DNA of 63,588 nucleotides, the filler included, from Reticulomyxa filosa (Eukaryota > Protista > Foraminifera), in assembly GCA_000512085.1 (NCBI GenBank). It is 16 parts of 16 records of this genome, joined end to end, with 100 filler letters (N's around TTAATTAATTAA, not from the genome) between each part and the next. Parts side by side here need not be neighbours in the genome. Positions count along the whole stretch, not along the records: positions 48,055 to 54,875 come from ASPP01039597.1; positions 54,976 to 63,588 come from ASPP01020270.1; 14 more parts are not named here. One strand, written 5' to 3'. Positions 49,480 to 60,900 of this stretch are shown piece after piece. The position numbers and the translations under genes were made by a program. Positions within the stretch are counted from its first letter, which is position 1; every line of letters starts with the position of its first letter. The notes under the pieces were generated by a model. It made no database searches and was not told where the DNA came from. It saw nothing but the letters and a program-made list of their open reading frames with translations.

Positions 49480-52330
49480 CCGCTCAAAAAAAGACAGCCA
49501 CACGAAATTGAAGGCTTGCGAAGCGTGACACCGATGAAACGGATCGTGGCCACAATATCATTGATCAATTCCACAGTTCCACCCAATTCGAGATCATTAT
49601 CGTTATTTTCTTCGATTATATCTATTTTGAGGCTCTTTCGGGCTGCGCTGTTGTCTTGGTCGAACTCGGGCAGCAAATTGGTTGCAACGTTAAAGCGTGA
49701 GCTAGTTATGCTATGTCAGCGCCATTGAAACGCATTGTTCTTCCCACTTCAGCGTTTTGCCTCTCCAATCCGTACGTTGACATCGATGAAATATATTTCT
49801 CCTTCGCCCATCCTTCAATATATTTTATGTGTCAATGGTGTTCACCGCTTAATTTCACTCGGCCTCCAAAATACAGTGTTGAAACGTCGTCTTCGTCGAT
49901 TAGCGTTTTGATTCCATATTCCCGCATAAGTATACCGCCGTCCGGTCTTTTTTTAAAAAAACAAAGATAGCATAAATATTGAATTTCTGCTTTGTTCATT
50001 TGCTCTAATCTCCCTTCTATCTCAACAGCAACCGACAAACAATAACAAACCTGCACATGAAGCTTCTCATTTGATTGTACTGCCCATCAGCACCTTTAGG
50101 TATCATATTTTCTATTTTTTCAAATTTCAAAGTCTATCATTGCACACCGTTTAAAAAAATATATAGACAGATTAGCCCCTTTTTTTTCAGTGTTAATCTA
50201 TACTCGTTATCCGATGCTGTATTTGTTTCTTCACTTTCGCTGTTGCTGTCGTCTATTGCTTGGTTTCCACTTCCGGGATTAATTGAATCGTGCAATTAAG
50301 TTGTTTGGCGAAAATAACTCTTTCTTGGGACACTGTATTTTACATTAAAGTCAAGTCATTATCAATTGGTTCAAGTGAAAAAAAACACCTGAAAGTATCC
50401 GTATTTATTGTATACGACATCATGAGCACCAGGAGTTGATACGTCTATAAAAAAGGACACACATCATTACATATTAGAAAAATTGTTTCTAAAAAAAACT
50501 TAATCCAATTACAATAACTTCGCTAAGCAAAAGGAGGATAACCAATGCATTTGATGAAACCTCCATTGGCGAAAATTACGCAATCGTTGAGTTTGAATGG
50601 TTTCAATTGGAAAGTCGTATTCAAGGTTTTCAGATCAATGGCTTCTCCCGCGCTGTGCCATTATGTCCAACTCCAAACCGATAGCTCTCCTTTCGTGATA
50701 ATAGGTTTCTCCAATGTACTCACCACTCACGCTTTACGTCGAAATAACTGCACGTAGCCTCCAATATTGAATTTGATTTTCGGTTATTGCTCTTGTGGCA
50801 GTGGCGTTGTCTCGCTTTCGTCATCGATGTTGTCATCATTGCTCCTGTCAGTTTGCTTTCTAACAAAAACAACATCCAACAATAATCAATGACTTATTTA
50901 TTTTTTCTAAAACAAATAAACAAATCATACCACTGACCGCAGATTCTACAACGAAGTTATATCGGGTGCGCACTAGAATGCAATAAGGTAAAATCAAAAC
51001 AAGACAAGAATAAATAAATCGAAAATAACCTTGAAATGGATCTTTCCTCGCACAATTCCGTCAGTTGAGTTAGAATACCAACTATACAACTATATTTCAA
51101 TAATTTTTCGTTGAAAACTCCACATTGCAAGATAGCACACGACACATGTTTGCTTCCCAAGATTTGATAAAGCAATGAAGAAGCAGAATGAATGAGAATG
51201 CGGACGAAAACGAAAGCGAAGACGAAAAAGCGAAACATGGACGGGCAAAAAACATGGTGGTGAATTTCGTTAACGTGGCTGTCGGCGATCGATTTTGTTC
51301 TTTATCTTCAATCGCTTTTTTTTTATCATCCAAAGATATTTTGCCTTGCCTCAATTCACTGGCCGAGTTTCCATCGTGTTATTTTTCACGAGTCAAGCTG
51401 CGAGTTTGATGAGGGGATGTTTCCAAATGGTGCAATCTTATTTGAATTGGTCTCTTCGTCCAACACTTCGATATGGCTTTTACGCAATGATTCTTTGCTG
51501 ATCAAGTGTCTTTCGTACTTTTCCATCGCTATTATGTTGGCACGTAACGTCGACAAGCAAGTATCCACTGTTTTCGGTACACTGTATTGAAACACGCACA
51601 AATATGATAATACAACGTAAGTATAGTTTTTTTTTGTTGATGTTGTGAACTTGTGATATTTCTTCAATCATAGTCATTGATTCATCAATTATCGGATTCG
51701 GTTCCCATTTCTCGCCGCGAGTAAAGGCAGCTAAGACAATCCATTTCACAACACATGTACGATCACAACCCAATTCAATACGATCGCCAATGTTGATGTT
51801 TTTGCCTCTTGTGTCGATTCTGTCATCGTTACTGTCGGCACTTCCACTACATTGACTTTTCCGTCATGGCCTCCCCCCCTTGTATCGATTGAGCAACTCC
51901 AAAATAATCACCTACTCATATTTGCTAAATTTCAATGAACTCGACATCGTTTAATTTTGCCACGAACCATTTTTACTTTGTCGCTGATTTTGCAAGTTTG
52001 GACGAATTGAAGCGGGACTGGACTCCGTCGTACTGGCCCAAGTTCAAGCAGCAAAAACCACACTCAAAGCATCCGGATTCGTCTTGTCAATGTGAATGAT
52101 AATGAATTCTTAATTCAATCATTTGCAGATATCTGCCACTCGCTCAGCTCAATGGCAATGGCAATTTGATTTTGGAACGACTTTCCCTAAGAAATAAATT
52201 GTTCCAATTGCGCCGCCTCTTTTTCGAACATGGCCTCCTATTAAAGACATCCAATCAATCGTCCTTGGGCAGACTCAGATGGTATTTCCCAAGTAAACAA
52301 TAAGACCACGTTTTCTTCCTTCAATTCCAA
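49480..52330 (-). pseudogene. Decayed multi-CAP-Gly gene
   Basis: Remnants RGLIVYLGNT, INIGDRIELG..CVVKWI, FNIGGYVQL..YIGET..IGLELD, FKLNDCVIFANGGFIKCIG..PGAHD..YF, LYFGGRVKL..IKYI, LELGGTVEL..ATIRFIGVT. Confidence 0.65.
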
Positions 52331-54371
52331 ATGTTTTTTTCTTTTTGCTATACAATTTTACCTTCCATGTTGCTTTTCTGGTATATAGTCAATCGTCTTT
52401 ACCACTCGGCCATTGAAGTTCGTCACGCGTTTCGCAACAGATGAACATATATGTGTGGGAGTTACGCGATTGATTGGGCAAGCACGATCACACGCACAAA
52501 GGAATACGTACTTTACGTATCGACCAAAGCGATTGCCATTTGCGAAAGAAGCAAAACGTCTCCACAGCGATGATCACAGTTGACAATATTTGGAACGACG
52601 ATGTCCGGAATGTGAATGCGATCTTTGAAGTTGCAACGCCCTCCTAGATCTTATAAAGGCGTCGGCATGGTGTGACCACAGCTATCGCCATTGGAGCAAA
52701 TTCACCAAATAATGCGGTTTTTTCAATGCTCAAAATGTGAAAATTGGCTTGTATTGGATTGCATACGAAAACCACACTCGTCGATGATAGTCACAAAGAT
52801 GACATCCGCGATCGTCTAATTGCTAGTCCATCGGACGATATCAAGATAATCTTTGAGGAAATCAGCACTGGATATGCAATGTCCGAACTGTTTCAAAGAG
52901 ATCAAGACGCTGATCATGACATTAAGGAAAAGACAAATACAAATGAAAAGCAAATTCAACTTTGATTTATAGTATTGTCATTGAAATCGAAGTTTGTATT
53001 TGAACAGCATGAACTCAATTTAGCACGCTACAAGGATTTGTTGTTATTGCGACTGTTCATTTTTCTTGTCACCTGCGTTATAATTGTGATTGGATCTATT
53101 GCTTGAAAAAGTATGTTTTTTATATACATATTCAACATAACATCTTTATACGTATATTGATTATTTATTTGATATGTGTTGCTTGAAATTTTTTATAGAT
53201 ATTTAAAAGGTACAAATGAAAATAGAAAAGTTGTCACTGTTTACATTGCCATTGGTGCTGCAGCGAGTTCCAAGCAATAATGTCAACAGTGACAACGATG
53301 ACAATAGTATCAGCAAGTATCGGTTGTTGCATATAGAAATCAAATATATCAAATCGCTAAGCCAAACTTGTGACTGTCATTTTTCCAACTAAATGTACTT
53401 GTTCATCATTGAACAATATCAATTTTAATGACAGTGTGCGTTGAATATTGGTCATTGTATTGCGCTTTGAATTGCGTATAATTTGAACAAAAAATGTCCA
53501 TATTATGTGATGTGGTGCATGATATATTGAAAAAAACTCGAACAATTTGAAATTAGTGATCTGATGATTATATGCACAGCCTATATTCCAAGTTAATGTT
53601 TTATTATAATGTGATTGTAAAATTGTTTAGACACTTATAATCAACACACGTATATAACATAGATCTCTAGAGAATCAAATACCTGTCTGTCGAGCAGTTG
53701 GAAAGTAGCTGTTGCGGTGCCAGCAAGCAAATGTGAAGTGAATTTTGAACAGCTCCAAGTTGTTAGCATATTTGATCGCAAATGTTTGACACTTGCCTCA
53801 AATTTTTTGTTTAAAAAATTTCGTTTTGTTTGTTTGTTCATTTTCTTGAATGATAGTTCAACGCCAGTTCTCCAGTTCACTGATATCTTTCTAATTCAAT
53901 TAAATTTTTTGTAAAAAATTTCTAAATTTTTACATTTTAAATCTAAAGAAAGTCGAAAATATGTAAATAGATAAATTTTGTTCATCTAGTTTTATTTGTG
54001 TACACTGATGCAAAAAAAAAACAATAACACTAGATTAGTTCAACTCATATCAAGTGCTTCAAAAGGGCCACAAGTAAGCATCGGCTGCGAAATAGGAACG
54101 CAAATTCATTAACATTTTTGACTTTGTCCGAAATAAGATGAAAGACATATTGTAGATTAAAAGGAACAGACCTTTAATCAATAATTTTTACAATCTTCTG
54201 GTTAGAAACCAATATGAAGTTAATAAAGCAAGGAATTCTTTTTTTTGTAAGTTCATGTGCTCTTTTAAAGAGAATTCCAGATATAATTTTACCAATACAC
54301 AACAACTATTGTACGATGATTTTAAAAAAAAAATTTCAAGTACGAAATTGAATTATGCATTAATGTTTTTC

Positions 54372-54540
54372 TGTTGCTTGTAGCTTTGCAATAATTCGTC
54401 AAACTGAAGATTACATTCTGGTTCCCACGAATCGTGTATTGGATTATATCCAACCTAGTGAATTAGGTACTGTCTTTCCATGACTTCATGTCGATATATA
54501 GCTCTATCACCAAGTATCTTTTGACTTCATATTTCTCCTC
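54372..54540 (-). pseudogene. Inactivated chromodomain, possibly a chromovirus integrase remnant
   Basis: EEKYEV / KILGDRAIYRHEVMERQYLIH*VGYNPIHDSWEPECNLQFDELLQSY; a frameshift plus TAG at the conserved Trp (54455-54457). Confidence 0.8.
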
Positions 54541-54990
54541 TGCTGACTGCAGGCAATTATTTGCCAACACTTTGCGAGCAACATTGCCGTTGTTTTGAAT
54601 GGCATCACCAACATTTGGGAGAACAAATATATCAGGCTTACGCCAATCAGTGGGAAGGTCTTGAGTTTGATGTGGAATTGAATTATCAGCATTTTTATTC
54701 TTTTGTTTTTTGTCTTTTGTTTTTTTTTTTCTTTTACTTTTTTTTGTATTGTCATGTTTATCTTGATTTTCATTTGGATTTGCAGTAACATGTTCGCTGA
54801 TGTTTCAATCATTTGTAAAATAACGACGAAATTTCGCAAATTCGAAGCCACGCAGCAGTGTTTTCTTTTTTGTTTNNNNNNNNNNNNNNNNNNNNNNNNN
54901 NNNNNNNNNNNNNNNNNNNTTAATTAATTAANNNNNNNNNNNNNNNNNNNNNNNNNNNNNNNNNNNNNNNNNNNNTTTTTTTTTTTTTTT

Positions 54991-57900
54991 TTGCATGTTT
55001 GCGGCGTGAAGATAAATATAACATTTCCAAGCAGCATTGTACCAGGAGTAACCAAATTGCGTGATGGGGATAAATTATCTTTTCGGCTTCGATTTGAAAA
55101 AAAGTACATACTTGTGGATGTGAAACTGATTGAAAAAGCTCCTATGTATGCACATACACATATATGTGTATACAATATATTATGTACATATATAATTTTG
55201 ATTCCGTACAAACTTTTCTGTTTGAACAGTCGTAAAATCAAAGATATTCCGGTATCTCCAGAACTTGAAGAAAAAGTAAGTAGTTACTGTGATATCAGTA
55301 GGTGGTTCGAAGATCCATCTCAAGGTATATACACACACATATGTATATATTTATTTATTTTTTTGCATACCTGTCAATTGAATGATAAGTTACTTTGTCT
55401 AACACACAGAACCATCATGGGGACAATGGCAAAACAAGGAGCTGCCGAAAATGTGTTCCACATTGATGAAACTACTCCAAGAAGGGGAAGATAGCAACGT
55501 TAGAGAAAGCAAAATGGAGCAAGTAATGTGGCAAAAGAGAGCCATCCAATTGGAGTTGGCAAAGTAATTATGCAATGCATTTGTGAGCCATGCCAAGTAC
55601 CAGATTTATTGTTATGTGCATTGTCTCCCTCAAGACAAAACCAAGATGTAAATGAGGATGAGCATGACGAAGAGGTAAATCCCGCAAATTCGAGTGAAAA
55701 AAATGAAGAAATTGTGAAGCTGCTTAAGCTCGTGGAAGAATTTCATGAAATGACCGAAGAAGACAATTTGCTACCTTTGTTACAAAAGTGTATCGACATT
55801 ATTCTTGAAGAAAAAATTGTGGAGTGTGACATACAATCAAATTTCGTCATTCCAAATGGGTGTGCTAACGACAATACTTCTAAAATCGTGAGGATTTATC
55901 TTTACTGTCGTGAGATTTCATCAACGAGCACAAATAAGCCACTTATCTTGCTTCAAAAAGGTATTTTTTTTTTTCTGATTTATTCTTTTTTTTTTTTGCT
56001 TAATTTAGAGTTACTCGGAAAAAAAAATATGTAGGGCAAGGATATCCAATGAGAGAAGTTAGTGCTGAAACCGCATATTTGTACGTGGCCGATTTTCGAG
56101 TAAAAAAAAACACGAGTCTATCTGTTGATGTCAAATATCGACATTTATGCACGTCCGTGATTGTAGGACAAAGATGTGCGTATTTTGTGGAATTAAAGAA
56201 CCAGGTCTATTTTCAGTCAGTTCACAACGCTTTTTCTTATATGAAGTCTAAGGTTGTGGATAACCCGTCTCAATTCTCCAATGTCTTTGTGACTCGCCAT
56301 TTGATGGAAAACATCCGTGACGAAGAGTCATTTCAATTTTCCCGGCAAGCTATGCGTGATATGGTCAAGGAGGTTCAAAAACCTACCAAAGAACTCCAAA
56401 GTTTATTTCAAAAAATAACAGATCAGCTTAACAAAAACGAAGTAGATATTAAATTAGTTAAGATTTATGATATATGCATATATTATATTTTCCTGTTTTT
56501 GGTACAATTTGGTCATTAAAAATTCTTTAAAAAAAAAAAATAGATTTATCAAATTATATTTGTATGTGAACAACTTGGAGAACAACGACAATATCTATAT
56601 CCACCACAACTTTTTGCTGCAGTGAAATGTGCGATAACAACACCAAACATAATTGAAACTATGAAAAGCATGTTCTGGATTGACCTGAAATGCAATATAT
56701 ATGGGGATAAGATAGCTAAAGCAGAAGGCTTCCAACAGTTTATGTTAATCCCTTGCTTTAACCTTTTGGGAAGCAGACAAATGCAAATGAATGACGATTT
56801 TTTGAGACGTTTCGACTCCAGAAATTTTAGGAAAGTACCACAACTGGCCATACGGTGTATAGACGTTGTCGAGACAGATCTAAAAATTCGACGTTTGCTC
56901 ACTTTCAGTCCAAAATTATGCACAGAATTATATTTAATGCAAATATTGCATTGGCAAGATGATGATGATCTATCTCAAGAAGTATTGAAACATTTGTTAT
57001 CTAATAATGAATTTATGACTGTGCAAACGTGGGCTAAGTTGTGGACATCTTATAACTCGAAATGTGCTGATGTTATTTCCAAGCTGCACAAATGTAACTT
57101 TGAAAAGTGGAGTCAGTTTGTAGAGAGACTCCAAACCATTCAGGCATTAAAAGAGGACCAGACTCGCAAAAAATTGTTGGCCATATTTGATGAAAGAGAC
57201 TTCCAAAAGTCTGTGGTTTTGTCCGATAAAACATTTATTGCTTTCATTTCTTTTATACTGAAACACAAAGATATAATTTGGCAAAATTGGGAAAATGTGT
57301 TGCAAACATTGGATTATTACATTGACAAAACGGAGATGATCTATCATGCCGATACATTAATGGCTATTTTTGGCGTGCTCTGGAAATACTGTTTATTTGA
57401 CCAAAAGCTATTGAAAGGCATGTCAGTGATGCTTCTGAGAAATTACTAACACGACTTGTATCAGAAGGAAAGCCGCTCGCATTGTGGCTAAAATTGTTTA
57501 CGTATGAAACACAAGAAGAAAGAAAGCATACTTTTAAAAACATTTTGTCGAAAAGTTTGATTGACTGGATAAACAACAAGATGATTGGAAGAAATATTGA
57601 TTCTCCTCAACAACTTGTGGATTTGATGATTTATCCAGAATTTTGGAGTCTCCCCAGTGAATACCAAAACATATTTTTGACTGAAATAACAGAGAAAAAA
57701 GAGGCCATATTACTCAGCGGAAAAAAATGGAGCAATAAATCTTTGGAGTCAATGAAAAAGCTTTTGGGAACGTCCATATCTATTAATTTGATATTATTGA
57801 ACAAAATATTTGAAGTTATTGTGGATGTCCCCGTTCAAGTGGAATCTGATGTAAATAAAGAAGATGCCAACAAAGACAAGGGTGCAATCGAAGAAAAAAA

Positions 57901-60900
57901 AGAAAATCAAGATGAAGAAAACGAAAACAATGAAGATAATGAAGAAAACAAAAACAATAAAGAAATACCCGAAGATGAAGAAAAAAAACAAGAAGTACTG
58001 AAAGAAGAGAAAGTAGATGAAGACACATCAAAGTTGTTAATACATCATTTGGAGTATTGCTTTTTTTGTATTCCATGGTTGCCATTAATTCAATATGAAT
58101 CAAAGAAAGTGGAACGATTAAAAAGCTTGCAAGTTTTTATGGGAATAACATTAAATAAATTATTTGCAATGGTCGAAAATGGATCAATTGTATTTTGCAT
58201 ATGTGATTTTCTCGAACGTGATAACAACAAACAAAATATCCAAACTGTCAGCAGATCTTTGCCGGAATGGAAAGATAGCAATATCATTCAAAACAAAGTC
58301 AATACATTATTAGCTACGCTAACAAAGTATAAAGAATTTGTATATTTCAAACAGTTATACATAGTAGTGTCGACAAATTATATGATTTCTGATGATCTCT
58401 CTGAACGATTACAAGAATTCGGTAATTTCTGTAGCAATTGGGACTTGGAGCCATTTATAAAAGCAAGCCAGAACTATCAGCATGAACAAAAGATGTTTCA
58501 AAAACGGGAAGAGGCAATGAAATATTTGGCAAGTATAAAAGACAGCTCTGCATTTAAAAAATTATGGACCCAGTATCGAATACAAATGAAAGAACAAGGA
58601 AATTTGACATTTGAAAGTAGCATGGATGAACTCTACACTCGAGTAAATAAAAAATGGAGGGAGTTGAGAGAAATGATAGAAAAGGAGTCATATTCTACAG
58701 AAGATTTGAAATGGTTTGAAGCGAGTGATTTACATTTGGAATTAAAGTTTTTATTTCCAGTCTGGTCTGAGGAAAAAAGGAAGATGATAGCAAACAGTAT
58801 CGATGACAAATGTAAAAAGATCAAACAATTAAAAGAAATGGTGACTCCTTGGACAAAGCTGAGAGACGCTACCGAAACTTTAAAAGAATATCACAAATCG
58901 AACCACACAATAAAAAACGATAAAAATTGGAATACTTTTGTCCAATCATTGGAGAACAGCTTTAATGCACTCAAAGAACGAGAACCTGCAATCCAATACT
59001 TGTCCAAATGCTACGATGAATGTATCAGCTGCTTTGGAAATGGAGCTTTTCAATGTGTGGAATTGCTAGATTTGATTGTGAATAAAAAAGAACTGATCAA
59101 ACAACTGGCGACTAGCGAAAACTTTGCAAACAAAGAGCATTTTGCAAACACTATGGAGACATTGGACAATTGCAAGGAAGTCCGATTCCAGCAATTGGTG
59201 AGCGCATTACGTGCAGTCAACGGAAATATACGCGAATATATTTGGGATGCCGATTTAAAAGAGACAAGCCAAGTTGCAAAAGCAATTTTAGCAATTCACA
59301 AACGTGACAACGATTTCACTGTCAAATTCAAAAAATGCTGTGACGAGGACCTGAGTCGTGTCTCTTTCCTTGTCGAAGAAGCCGGTCGATTACAAGCTGT
59401 CCAAAGTTTTAGCTTATTGGAAAAAGCAAATCAGATTGGACAATGGAATTTTGCTGGATGTGACCAAGTATTACAAGCCAGTTCCATTGTTATTGACAAT
59501 AGCGAAGAGAGAAAGCAGACAAATGAGTGGCTCGTCTTACAAATTGGATCAGATAAACTCAACTACGATCAAATTGAACAGGCTATTGATCGTGTATTGT
59601 TAGGATTTTCTAAAGAAAAAGAGTTGAAAGGAGTAGAGTCACTGATTAAGCAGTTTGGTATGTGCAAGGATATTGAGACATTACGAGTGATGTTCTGGAG
59701 GAAAGGTGGCCGACAAGAAACAGAAAAATTGCGCTTGTCCGTGAAAGAGTCATTAGAAGTGTTTAAAGACCTTCAAAGTCAATGGAAAAATAGATTAGAA
59801 GAATGGCAAAAGGAATGTGTGCAATTGAGGACAATATATCCAATATTGAATTACTTTACATTCAATGAAGTACGTTGTCTTTCCAAAAAATTAAATGATA
59901 TTGTAAACTGCCGTCAAGAACATCGAGCAATACTTTGCTCCAAATTTATTTTACCATTTTTACAACGTATTGATCCTAACCTCTCTGATGCCTTACCTTT
60001 TGTTGAAAAATGGAAATTTGAAGCTGCAGAAGGAGACAAAGCGTTGATTCAATTTGGGAATTTGTTTTCCGATATTTGGACCAATTTGAAACAGTCTGGT
60101 AGTGTATATCGTAATGTATCTTCGTGTGGACTTGAATATGGCAAACCTAACTTAATAATTCAAAATGCCAATCAAATGCTCAATGTTTTGGAGCTGTTCA
60201 AAAGTGTTGGAGTCATTCCTTGCAGCGAACATATTTTGATATGCAAGGAAAATACGACAGAAGAGGAAATTGAATGCTTGTTGTTCCGAGCTATATCAGC
60301 CAAAGTGCACGAAGAAACAGATTGCCAAGATGAACAAGAACAAAAGCTCGCTGCAACTCCTCCTCCCATCCCTTCAAAACAAACTACTTTGCAGCCTCCA
60401 TTGTATTGCTTAATGTGGCCAGAAATGTTATCATTGGAAACTTTGGAGCAAGTGACTAAGTTGTTCCATACTCTGTTGCTGAGTGAAAACGCGCTGAATG
60501 AACTGAAAAGAACTCCGTATTTATTGGCTGTGATATCAACCCCTCCTAATAACATGTTATCTCAAAAACTAAATTCCTTTCGTTTGTCCCAACGCATTGT
60601 ACTGAATGATCAGACTCCAAATCACTTGGTGCAACAATCATATTGTAATGATTTGGAAACATTTGCTTTACAAAATCCCTAGTCAATCGCAACAGCAACA
60701 AGTCATTTGTGCAGTTGTATATCTCTGACCAAATTGGTATGGGCAAGAGCTTTAAAATTGAACAAGACATTGCATCAATCCGAAAAATTAATCCAAAAAC
60801 ACAAGTGGTACGCGTTGCGTTCAATAGTAGTACCATGGACTGGAAGAGTATAATGGAAGGGTTTTGGAGATATCATCCTTGCACAAATGAAGAACAAGTG

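Noticed and set aside
53641-53880. LLAGTATATFQLLDRQVF resembling the pogo DDE_1 QPLD motif
   Set aside because: Single weak motif with no other transposase features or terminal repeats.
54455-54457. TAG at a conserved Trp and TGA at an actin Gly as stop-codon reassignment
   Set aside because: They occur only in frameshifted pseudogenes; long intact ORFs have no internal stops.
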